Shown: one piece after another, positions 11,140 to 21,805 of the stretch
Position numbering within the stretch: the stretch's first letter is position 1
How the letters are laid out: each line of letters opens with the position of its first letter
Source: Schizochytrium sp. TIO01
Lineage: Eukaryota > Protista > Bigyra: Labyrinthulomycetes
Reading direction: 5' to 3'
NCBI GenBank assembly: GCA_004764695.1
Contig: SMSO01000025.1
Coordinates: 3,162,001-3,226,000, forward strand
Length of the DNA: 64,000 bases
Made by a program: the position numbers and the translations under genes
The notes under the pieces: model-generated
Databases searched by the model: none
The model's input: the letters and a program-made list of their open reading frames with translations, nothing else
What the model was told of the DNA's origin: nothing

Positions 11140-14100
11140 GAGCTCGAAACTCCTCCATAAGTAGCGCCGCTCTGCGAGCAAAACAATGAAAGGCTCCTCC
11201 TCCTACAGTTACAGGTAGCCGCTGCTTAGCACCGTGGGTTTCCGCTCAAGAAAGTTTGCAAATTGATTAGCGAGCGATATATTGCTAGTACGGCCGTAGG
11301 AAGTGCTAGCAGTGCGAGGAAAGGCGGCGAAAGACAGAAAGAACAGAAAGGTGTCCCCACTTCTGGTTGGCGCACTTTGAGACAGCCCTCATGAAGCCAA
11401 GCCATCGCTCCCACGGCAGCCCAGAGACTGCTGTCAGCCAGCCAGCCGGTCAGTCAGTCAGTCAGTCGGCCGGCTTTCAGACGGTCTCAAGCTCGGTCCT
11501 CCGCCACTGACGCTCCTGAGCACCATGAGATCAAATCGTAGTATCAAATCGTCTTGGATCCTGAGATCGTCGGCGCCACAGGAGCGCAAGAACCAACCCC
11601 AGAGTTGTTCTTCGCCTAGCTTTGGTGTAGCAGACCTTAGGATAGCTCGAGAGTAGGTAGGTTCTATCCTACCCAGTTGTTTGTTGTTTAAAAATGAAAT
11701 TGAAAGTTGTTTGTTTTATATCTCACGATTATGTACTAGGTGGTAGTAGGTAGGGCTAGGAGTTTGGGTTTAAAATGGTAGATTAGCAGCGAATAGCAGG
11801 TACCTAGTAGGAGTAAGGCGGATACTATTCGTTCGTCCAAAACACAAAAAACTGATAACTCGGCTGCTCTGTCTGTGAAGCAAGCTGAGGTGACCACGAT
11901 ACGAAGAGACGACTGGCAAGGAGCGAACTTGATAGGCTCAACGAAGTGGGGCAGATTTCAAGTCGATAACGTTTGAAGTCGCTTATTAGTCGGCTTTGGT
12001 TCTTGCGTTCTCTCTGCTGGAGTGGAGCGAAGGAGTTCTTCCTTGAAGACAGGTTCGATCATTCGAATCGCATTACACGTAGGGTTTTTCTCTGTTTCTG
12101 ACTCAACCCCTTTGGCTTCTTTCACGCACTACAGGAGAACTCTGCCCGGCAGTGACAGTATCAGAAGAAAAGAACCTCGAGGCTCTTAGTTCTCGAGTCG
12201 GGGCGGTCCAGCCAGGCTGTCTGAAAGGAGCGGATTCATTGGTTTCGTTGCTCTAGCTAGAGTTTCCAGGTCCTTGGCTCTTTGGTTTGCTCGTTCATTC
12301 ACTTTTTTTTCTTTTTGTTCAATCAATCGTTGTTCGAAGATCCACCCATTCTGTTGAAGTCCAAACAGCTTCGAAACAAGCTGTCACCAAACCCCAAAAG
12401 GAAAGCTCGACTGGCGAGAGACACCTCAGAGAGGGTTTTGAGAATAGTACTATTCAGCCTGACAAGCTAGCCTTACCGTCGCGTGACGGTCGCTTGTCTT
12501 CATAGCAGCCACGTGGGAAGGAGGCCCAGCTTTCAGGCGTGGCGATAGTCCGAATTGAGTCAGTGCGAGTGCTAGTAGTAAGCGGTAGGATCTAGTAAGC
12601 AGCTCCTCACAACAAGCGGCCTTGCTTGGCTGGAGATCTTTTGACTGTGCACGATCCTGTTCGTAGAAATCGAGGCTACGCCCAGTATCGCCACGGTGGT
12701 CAGCTTGAGGTAGCGGCAGCGAACGGAGATATTTGGAGCAGTCTGCAAAAAATCACCGCGAAAAACCTGTTCAATTGTCATCCGCGCATTACCTCAGGAG
12801 TTTGAGAGGGTAAATCTGCAAGCGACAGATATCAGCCAACTGGCCTGGTGCCAAAGAAAATATTTTGACTGCAGCTTACTGTTCTATAGGACTTTCCCCG
12901 TGTATTCTGATATCAACATTGGCTAATTCACTAATTCTTGAAGAAGGCTGCTCTCCAATTAGTGCTGGTAGATATTGGGATCCGCAGTGGTCGTCGTGCA
13001 CTTGAGCACACCCAAGAGTCCAGGGAAACAAGCATAACAATTGTCAATCTACGAGCACCGCTATCCTTGAGGTCTACCGTTCCGCTGTCAGAACCGCGCT
13101 GCCGTTTCGAGTTCATTACATTGTGACCGACCATCGCAACAAATTGTTCTTGTCTACTATTATTTAGTAGCGGACAGGTAATACACGGAGTAAGTAGGTA
13201 CAATAGTGTGATCTGAAGAAAGAAATTACAGTTATCGTAACCCCTTCAGCAAACAAGAAAGCAAGCCAGCCCAAGGCCAAAAGCTCAATTTGTCAATTTG
13301 CGAGCCTTTCTCTTCTTTTCGACATCCATCCAAACCATAGGTAAGTCCATCGTGCAGGCAGCACAGCAAACAAGCCAACACGAAGGAATTCTTCTATTAT
13401 CACCCATCCGCCCTGCCTCTGCTGCCAACTCTGAGACCCTCCCTACCTACTTGCACGCGCTACCTCGCTTTCCACATCCCATTTGGTCCTCTTTTGTGCG
13501 CACCCTTCAAGTTTTGCTAAGCCATCGTGACTTTCCAGTAAGGAATACATATGTGACGTTTGAAAAGAAAGGAGGAGCAAGTATTACCGGAAGAGGAGGT
13601 AGTGATATGCTATATGGTATTATATAACCCCTATAGCCTTAGAGACGGTGTGCGCTGGCGCGTGAATTGAGAAAAAGGGGCGAGTTTGAAGAGTTTTCAT
13701 TTGAGTTTGCTAGCTTGTTTGCGAGTGCAATCAGAGTGAAACAGCGATTTTTGGCGAGCGAAAGACCTCGTGTTGGGCGGGGGAGGACCTTTGTGAGCAG
13801 GTGCATTTAGCGCTGAGCTGTGATGAGGATTCCGTCTAGCGTCCCTCGCGGAGGCGAGTTTGCCAAGATTCGAGCGGAGAACTTGAAGACTGACAGCAGT
13901 TGATAAGGAACTGGCCAATTTCGGCTTGGGTTTTGACTAATTAACTTGTTTCCTCTTTTGGTTTATTTTGTTTTTTTATCAATATAGGTTTCGTCATTTG
14001 TGGGCTGCCCATCTAACTAACATCTAACACAGGAAGCGGAGAAACTTTAGTCATAGAGGTTTCGGACAAAGAGCTGCTACCAGCTCTAAGACTTAGTAGG

Positions 14101-15597
14101 CGCAGGCCGGCGGCAGGGTGGCCTACGCCCAGACAGAACACACGTACACGCACACGCACGCTCAGGTATCTATTCCCTGCTACCCTATTTCCTACCAACA
14201 GCAGCAGGAGATCAATAGTTCGTTTATTCGCTTGAATAACATTTTGTAAAAGTTATTCGAACTCGAGAGAAAGAAACGCCCAGCCGGAGTAGGCCGAAGG
14301 CAGAAGCTACTGGTTTTCCAAGGCGTGTCACGGTGATCCATTGTATTGGATCGTGAACGAAAGAGTTTGTTCAACCTCCTGCCAGGTAGGTAGATAGTGT
14401 ATTCATAGTATTCTGAGCTAGCAGCTCGAAGTTGTAGTGCACTACCGTGGAGACAAGAAGTATTTCCAAAAGTGGCACAAGCAGCCTTGATTTGTTCAGA
14501 TATTTGCAGTTGAGAAGCCAAACTCGAACTCCTCAGCTAACTGCCTTTCAGGATTCTCAGCTCCTCAAACAGACAGCGCCAGATCTCGGAGGGTCGACAA
14601 TAATTTGTTGCTGAGCCTGGAAGGAGTGAAACTAGGAATTACTCGTAGAACTTGTGTCTGTGTCTCTCGCAGACCCAAGGAGCAAGGCTACTACTCGCAT
14701 CAGCATCATCGTCATCACCGATTCTCTGACATTGAGTATACGTAGCATTTTTAGTGCCCAAATAGCACAGAGTAAGCTCTCCAGTTCCCCATTCACGCAC
14801 TCGTTCGTTCACTCGCTCGCCAAGAGCAGCTCGACCCAGGGCAGAACTCGCAAAGGCACCCTTACCAAAACCTCTAATAGGATCATAGTGAACCCTTCTC
14901 TGGCAATCCAAAAAAAAAAAACAAGGAAAAAAAAAAGAAGAAGAAAGAATCAGGTTAGTATTAGAGGCTTGCAAATCAAGTCGGGTGTGCTACTTAATCT
15001 TCTCTCTGTCCCAGCACCCGTCCAAGTCAACTGAAAACGCCTACGACTACTAGCATTGAGTTACCTTCAAAGCTTTATTTCTGATCCAAGACGGGCATCT
15101 TCTGGCTTAGCTTTAATTCCCTTTTCGGCCTCCCTCTTATTCTTTTCTTCTCTCTTCGGTTCAAGTTAGTAATTGAAAATTTTGAAAGGAATAGGGTACC
15201 TTACATTAAACTATAGGAGTAATTGCACTTCGAGGTTGGTCACACCGCCACGCAAGGCGGAAGAAGCAGCAAACAAGCAAACAAACAAACAAGCAAACGC
15301 CACGCGCTCGAACCTTGCAAGTCGTGTGCAAAGTCTCTGCCTAAAGCAACATTATTATAGCAGAGAAAAACCTGCGATATAAATATCAGGTGTAAACGAT
15401 TCTCGTCTGCCAGACGAAGCAAACCCGAACGGTGGCACCGGTACCTCCCTTTCTCACGCACACCTGGGCTATTGCACGTGCAGAGATACTTCTGTCCTTA
15501 CTATAGGGCTTCATAACCCCAAAGCGCGTGCAGCAGCAGAGGGCTCGGACGAAAACAGCTTCACAGATCCAGGCACTCAAGCTTGAAAGAGACGACC

Positions 15598-17406
15598 ATG
15601 TCGATCCTCAGTGGGCTCACAACACGCTCCCGCCGTGCACTATGGGCGTGGACTCAGCAACAAGGAAAAGCAACAGCGGCACACGCACAGATGCAAGCAC
15701 ATCCAGAGACAGTTCCTCCTCCGCAAATGGATGACAGCCGCACGCATCTTCACAATAGTAATCGCAGCAAGAACCTTAAGCAGCAACAGAAGCAGCAGCA
15801 GCAGCAGCAACAACAATTTCAGCAGGCTAAAGAGGAACAGGATGTACATGTTGTCAGTGGCACCGGCCAAGACCAACCGCGTACAAAAGGTCGGTCTCAG
15901 CGCCTCTTGCGAAGGAACACGAGTCTTCCTGGATTCTCCCCTGCCGAAGTAATTGTCAAAAAGCGGAATGGACGCCGCCTCTCTCGCGAAGAGATTGACT
16001 GGTTTATCCAAGGTTTTCATCGTGGTGATGTGGAGGACTACCAAATGAGTGCTCTCCTCATGGCAATCGCCATCAAGGGCATGTCAAATCAAGAGGCATC
16101 TGACTTAACCCTCAGTATGGTTCGAACCGGCCCAACTGCAAACCTTGCAAGCATTCGACCTGATATGCCAAAAATCGACAAGCATTCTACTGGAGGTGTC
16201 GGTGACTCAACTTCTCTTATCCTCGCTCCTCTCATGGCCTCTCTTGGTATTGTCGTTCCAATTCTTAGCGGACGCACGCTCGGACATACTGGTGGTACGC
16301 TCGATAAGGTTGATTCGATTCCCGGATGCCATACTACCTTGAACAAAGAGGAGTTCATGAGCATCCTGGACAAGACCGGGGCTGCCTTTGCCAGTCCTGA
16401 GGCTACCGGTTTTGCTCCGGTGGACAGCTCCATCTATGCCCTGCGTGATGTTTCCGGCAGTGTAGACTCCATTGCGCTTGTTGCCTCAAGTGTTATGGCA
16501 AAAAAGCTTGCCGCTAACCCAGACGCTCTCCTTTTGGATGTAAAGCGCGGCCGCGGTGCTTTCTTCAATAATCTCAATGACACAGCATCACTTGCATCGA
16601 TGATGTGCGCCATCGGTGAGGATGCTGGAATCCACACAATGGCGCTTATTACATGCATGGACCATGTCCTTGGCGGCTCTGTTGGTAACTGGATTGAGGT
16701 TCAGGAAGCTGTCCGTATTCTGGCTGGATCAAAGCATGACGTTGGTGCAGACCCCCGATTTGCTACTTCTCGAGAAGCACTCGGAGATCTGCGCGATCTT
16801 GCTTTGAGTGAAGCTGCAGTGATGTTGGGTCTGGCTGGTAAGGCCGGTTCCTACCATGAGGGCTTTGAGATGGCACGTGCAAAGCTTGACTCTGGCGCTG
16901 CTTTGGAAAAGCTGGCCGAAATTGTTGATGCGCAGGGTGGCAACCCCCGTGTACTCTTTAATCTTTCCGATGCCACCCCTGAGCTCTACTCGCAGACGCT
17001 TCACGCTGAGGAAGATGTTGTCATCCAAGATGTTGATGCTCGTGATGTTGGCAACGCTGCCACTCTCCTTGGCGCTGGCCGCTCCTATGCTGACGACTCA
17101 ATCGATGTTTACGCCGGAATTTGCATTCATGCCAAGGTAGGTGAAGTAGTACGGAAGGGTGAGCCTATTCTTACAGCTGTGGTTCGCAACCCAACTGTGG
17201 ACTCTGGTCCTGCTGGCATTCCCGATACTGATCACCTCTTCCTTGGCGGCGAGCGTGAGTTTCGTACTCGTCTGAGCCGTGGCTTTGATCTCGCCTGCCG
17301 AGCTGTCTCGGTGGCGCCCAACAAGCCAGAAAATTTGGTGCAACCTGCTCCGCTGATCGAGTACCTTGTTGATGCACGTGGTGTACAACCTTTCAGGTTC
17401 CACTAA
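15598..17406 (+). CDS. TYMP: Thymidine phosphorylase / pyrimidine-nucleoside phosphorylase with N-terminal extension and polyQ (~602 aa)
   Basis: Family motifs KKRNGRRLSREEI, DYQMSALLMAI, IDKHSTGGVGD, SGRTLGHTGGTLDK, YALRDV, SSVMAKKLA, LDVKRGRGAF, LGAGR. First ATG at 15598. Confidence 0.93.
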   Translation: MSILSGLTTRSRRALWAWTQQQGKATAAHAQMQAHPETVPPPQMDDSRTHLHNSNRSKNLKQQQKQQQQQQQQFQQAKEEQDVHVVSGTGQDQPRTKGRSQRLLRRNTSLPGFSPAEVIVKKRNGRRLSREEIDWFIQGFHRGDVEDYQMSALLMAIAIKGMSNQEASDLTLSMVRTGPTANLASIRPDMPKIDKHSTGGVGDSTSLILAPLMASLGIVVPILSGRTLGHTGGTLDKVDSIPGCHTTLNKEEFMSILDKTGAAFASPEATGFAPVDSSIYALRDVSGSVDSIALVASSVMAKKLAANPDALLLDVKRGRGAFFNNLNDTASLASMMCAIGEDAGIHTMALITCMDHVLGGSVGNWIEVQEAVRILAGSKHDVGADPRFATSREALGDLRDLALSEAAVMLGLAGKAGSYHEGFEMARAKLDSGAALEKLAEIVDAQGGNPRVLFNLSDATPELYSQTLHAEEDVVIQDVDARDVGNAATLLGAGRSYADDSIDVYAGICIHAKVGEVVRKGEPILTAVVRNPTVDSGPAGIPDTDHLFLGGEREFRTRLSRGFDLACRAVSVAPNKPENLVQPAPLIEYLVDARGVQPFRFH

Positions 17407-18556
17407 AGCATCTGACGCTTCCAATTTTATTTAGGCCCCGATCCATGCAGATGCCCCTTTGTGAATATTCTCTCCCGTTTTCTTTTCTTTCTTTATCTTT
17501 AGTTCGCGATCGTGCAGTGGCCTTCCTGCACATCGTGCCATGTTTCAATGAATGAATGCACTTCGATGATAAGATCACCAAAAAGATTGCTGCTGCTGAC
17601 AATGCTTTTTTCATTTGTCACACTATAGTACAACAAAGTTTATGGCTCCTTCGAGCTATATTGTTGAACAACGGCAATTTGAATTATCTCATTCACTTTC
17701 TCTTCCTTCTTAAGTCGAGTGATGATAAATAACAAGTACCACTACAATAATGATAATGACCATATCAAAACCTTTTCTGTGTTATAGTTTTCTTCTTACG
17801 TTGTGCTGGGCAATCCACTATTGTTTATCTCTTGCTAAGGTGTTCGATCTATGCAATTTAACAGGGCATACCTATCTAATGTGTCCAGTAGTATATTGTT
17901 TAACTTCCATACCCAAATTTAGTATTTACAAGAGTAGCCTCTGGCTGCGAGGATGCCAACTTTGGACTTTGCAACAGATGCCCTTGGTACAGTACTGTGA
18001 TGCTCATCATTTCACGCAATTTAATGATATGCGTGTACTTTTTCTCTAGTTTCTTTGGACTTGATGATTGATTCAGTAATTCTATCAGCCTACCTTGTCT
18101 GTAATCAATATTCGCATTTCAAGACTACGGACAGTGATTTTGCAGGTTAAGTGCAATGCTATCAATCAATAATCAATAAGAATAGGTTCATCAACTAGAT
18201 TCTGTTCATAAACATGTGTCTGCATCGTTTTACAGATCCCTCTCTCTCTTTCAAATATCACGTCTATCGTGTCTTTGCTCCTAAACGCCTAGAACCGTGG
18301 TGTTTAATCTCTCAAAAAAGAAAACGAAAAGAAGAAGAGACCAAAGAGAGGAAAAGGGAACCTATATATTAAAAAAAATTCATTATATTAGTATCTAGTA
18401 ATACCTACTCTTAAGTCTACGCTGTTTTCCAGCGCGTATCGAAGTACTGAAGTACTTACCTTCCCTCGTCAAAACCCAGTTCACAATCATTCGCTCAGCA
18501 TTCATTGAAAGGTGTTTGGCTCGGCTCGTGTAGCGTGCTGCAGCTTTTCGCACGAT

Positions 18557-21541
18557 ATGTCGCATTCGTCTAGGTTTTGCGCTGCGCTTTTCTGTGCTCC
18601 AAAACACAGGAGGGTTGCAGGCGAGCTAGCGGAGACACCAAGCAAGAGTGTCACTGAAGGCGCCAAAGGAGCCCGCAAAAATAGCAAAAACGGACCTCAA
18701 GACCATGGCACAAGCGAGGATGAAGATGATGAGGACCTCTCGTCATGGCAACCAGACACAGCATTGAATGCTGATGATGACGACGACGATGATGCACTCT
18801 GGCAGAAATACGCACCACAAGCTGTTGTTACTGAAGAAACTCAACAGCAAGCAACCCTGCGTCAAGAAACCATGAGCAAATATGCAAAGACTGTACTACA
18901 AGGGGAGCATGAAGGCGAAGAGTTTGCTCAAGGCTTTTCTAATAGAAGTGAACACTCTCCTGTGGCTGACTCCAGCAGAAGCGAGGAAGCCCAAAACCGC
19001 CGGGTTCAGGACGCACAAACTCTACAAGATCTTTTCTTTCTGGCCCAGGAAGGTGACAAAGATGCGGCCAAAACGCTCAATCAAGGCACACAACTAAGTG
19101 TAGATGATCATCATCGCTTCACTTTGAGTCAGAATCGGCAGCAAGAGGGACAGATAGATGCTGATGATGCCGAGGAATTTAATCATGCACTTCTTGAGCA
19201 ATCTATTGAAGCAAGCTTAAGAGATCTTGCAGACCGCACTGGCATGCGAGCAGGTCCAAAAGGCCAAGCGCTTGAGCATGATCGAGACGCGATTAATGTC
19301 ATAAATAAACGTCTCACAAATGAACAGTCAGACATGTTACGGACAGCCCGACGAGAATGCAAGCATCTTGTGCCGCAACTTCGAGAGCATATTCGAAAAG
19401 TTTCGAAAGAACTTGATCAAAAGCTAAGTGAGGACTTTGATCACAACAACTATGTCCCTCGTCACCTTTCTTCGCACCTATCGAGACACAAAAGCCGTGT
19501 TGATCTCACACCAGCTGGTCGAGCTGAGAAGGCTTCGTTTGAGGCTGCTGTAGGGAAACTGAAAAAGGAGCTTGCTCTCCTTCACCGGCACCTGTCGCAA
19601 ATTCGAATTGAACAGCATTTTCCAAGATGCATGCGTTGGAAACTCAAGGTGGACGCAGGCGATGGTACATTTATTGGTATTAGGGATATGGAAGTCGGTG
19701 CTATTCAAGCCAAATTTCACGCCTCTACATTGCCTTCCAAGCCTGGAAGAATTCGCATTGAAGTGAAGGATATAATCGCTAATCTGGGGCTCCTCGAATT
19801 ATCTATTCGAGGAGCAAATACTAAAGCAAGGATTCTTGGTGGCTTACTGACGCCGACCATCAATCGTTTAGATCTTGATGTCCGGGGTTCCTGGGTTCTT
19901 GAGTTGAAGTTTGAAGCAAATAAACAACAAGCACATTGGGAGGAAGTAAAGGAAAACTCCACCTTTCAGCTAACCCTTTCTCGAAAGGTAACAGGCTTGA
20001 CTCCAATTCGTTTACCTCAGAGCTTCCTGCAATCCATAACAAAGATGCTTCTCCCAAAAATTATTAGTGGTGCATTGAGGAATATTTTGCCAGTGCAGCT
20101 TGGTCTACTCCTCTTGGAAACTGACAATACAGTATCTATTCAGGGCAATGTTGATATCAAAGGAGATATGTCCCCGAAGACATGGCGTGAACCTCTCATT
20201 GCTCCTACTGCTGCAGGCAGTCATGCCCGTGCAACGCTAGGGATTTCTCAGAAGGAGGCATATATGCTTGATTTCCTCTGTCGCGGACCACGCGCTGCGG
20301 CAGCAGGCTTCAAAAACAAAGCAATCTCGCTTGCTCGACTGTTTCGCTGGAGGCTTCGGTATGCCACGTATAGACTTTCAGAATTGGAAGAAATGCTAGA
20401 CCTTGTCCAACGCGATGCTAGCGTAGTTCTACCTCCAGGTTGGCTTACACAAATATTACGTTTTGTCTCGCAACTGGCGAAAAAGCCATTTAATATCCGT
20501 CTGTCAGTATCAAGTATACAAACAGACTTGAATCTGTCTCAAGCAGTAGAAGCGGGACTTGACATGTATTTGTCTTCATTCCGGCAAGCCATGAACATGA
20601 CCCATGCGCAAAAGGCTCGAGTTGTAGCACGTGCACGTTATGAGGAAGCCCAACTTCGAGTAGCAACTATAACCAAGCTTATGCGCACATTTATTGTGCC
20701 TATCATTAATCCCAGCATAGAGCTTGACTTGACTGGCCTATTCATCGGGGGGCTGCACACAGGCTTTGGCCTTGGTGCAATTCACCGTGTGATTGCTAAT
20801 CTAAAATTGCCACCTCATTTCCTCTTTAGGCCAACATTACGGCAGAAGATGAAGAAGAACGATCGCATTGTTGAAATTGAAGGTAATTTGGGGCCTCGTG
20901 AAGATGAGTATACAGTTATTGTGCGTATGGATTCTCTCGATGGCGAGGCATCCATCTCACTTCGTGATGTTCGCCTGGACATGTTTCGATCCAGCGCAGA
21001 TCCCGGAGGTATCACTTTGCAAGCAAAGGAGGTGCGAGCTTCCATGCTGCTGAATATGATTGATCAGCTTCTTGGTGAAATCAGTCACCGAGTGGAGCAG
21101 AGCGAGCAAGAGCAGCAGCAGCAGCAACAACAACAACAATTTAACGGTGAATCTGCTACCTCTGACCCTCATGAAGATGAACAAAGCCCCAATATTCATA
21201 CGACTTATGTGTTTCCCGAAACAAGAGAGTTGATTGAACACGCGGAGGCTGTCCTTGGTGTCTCGCGAGCTTTTGATAATGAAGAGGAAGGGGACTCAGA
21301 GGACCCCAATGACAGTAGTATTCCGGATTCTGTTCATGAGGGGTTTCTCCCGTACTTTATTTTGGATGATACGAATGATTTGCGCTGCGATGTACAAAAT
21401 ATCCATGCAGTTGTTCTGAAAGTTCATGACGGACGTCGAAATATGGATACTTTACGACTTCGGCTGCACGCTGAAGAAACTCTTGCGATTCACTTTTCAG
21501 TGCGCGCGAACATGCGCGACATCTTTGATTTGTACCGCTAA
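18557..21541 (+). CDS. Hypothetical ~994 aa protein: acidic disordered N-terminus, coiled coil, long beta-strand-rich regions (possibly TULIP/SMP-like)
   Basis: 3 kb uninterrupted ORF with coding-like composition; first ATG at 18557. No family recognised with certainty. Confidence 0.8.
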   Translation: MSHSSRFCAALFCAPKHRRVAGELAETPSKSVTEGAKGARKNSKNGPQDHGTSEDEDDEDLSSWQPDTALNADDDDDDDALWQKYAPQAVVTEETQQQATLRQETMSKYAKTVLQGEHEGEEFAQGFSNRSEHSPVADSSRSEEAQNRRVQDAQTLQDLFFLAQEGDKDAAKTLNQGTQLSVDDHHRFTLSQNRQQEGQIDADDAEEFNHALLEQSIEASLRDLADRTGMRAGPKGQALEHDRDAINVINKRLTNEQSDMLRTARRECKHLVPQLREHIRKVSKELDQKLSEDFDHNNYVPRHLSSHLSRHKSRVDLTPAGRAEKASFEAAVGKLKKELALLHRHLSQIRIEQHFPRCMRWKLKVDAGDGTFIGIRDMEVGAIQAKFHASTLPSKPGRIRIEVKDIIANLGLLELSIRGANTKARILGGLLTPTINRLDLDVRGSWVLELKFEANKQQAHWEEVKENSTFQLTLSRKVTGLTPIRLPQSFLQSITKMLLPKIISGALRNILPVQLGLLLLETDNTVSIQGNVDIKGDMSPKTWREPLIAPTAAGSHARATLGISQKEAYMLDFLCRGPRAAAAGFKNKAISLARLFRWRLRYATYRLSELEEMLDLVQRDASVVLPPGWLTQILRFVSQLAKKPFNIRLSVSSIQTDLNLSQAVEAGLDMYLSSFRQAMNMTHAQKARVVARARYEEAQLRVATITKLMRTFIVPIINPSIELDLTGLFIGGLHTGFGLGAIHRVIANLKLPPHFLFRPTLRQKMKKNDRIVEIEGNLGPREDEYTVIVRMDSLDGEASISLRDVRLDMFRSSADPGGITLQAKEVRASMLLNMIDQLLGEISHRVEQSEQEQQQQQQQQQFNGESATSDPHEDEQSPNIHTTYVFPETRELIEHAEAVLGVSRAFDNEEEGDSEDPNDSSIPDSVHEGFLPYFILDDTNDLRCDVQNIHAVVLKVHDGRRNMDTLRLRLHAEETLAIHFSVRANMRDIFDLYR

Positions 21542-21805
21542 TGCTAAATATGTTGTTGTTTTCATTTTGTCTGTGTATTTGTCTTAGAATCCTGGAAATA
21601 GTTTAAAACTCTATTGCACCACTTTTCAAATAGATGTGCACATATAGATATTGAATGCGGATGTATAAAAGGTATCAAAATAATTTTTTCTATTTTTTTT
21701 TAAAGTGTTGGGTCTGGCTGGCTTGCTTACATCGATCAGTGTTTAGGTGATTAACCTTGCAGCAAAACAGACTAAAGAAATACTGACGAATAAAATGATT
21801 TAGCC

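Noticed and set aside
10940-11164. Poly-Leu signal-peptide-like and poly-Lys ORFs
   Set aside because: Artefacts of the (AAG)n microsatellite.
12048-12070. GGTTCGATC / TTCGAATC resembling a tRNA T-loop
   Set aside because: No flanking T-stem, acceptor stem or A-box.
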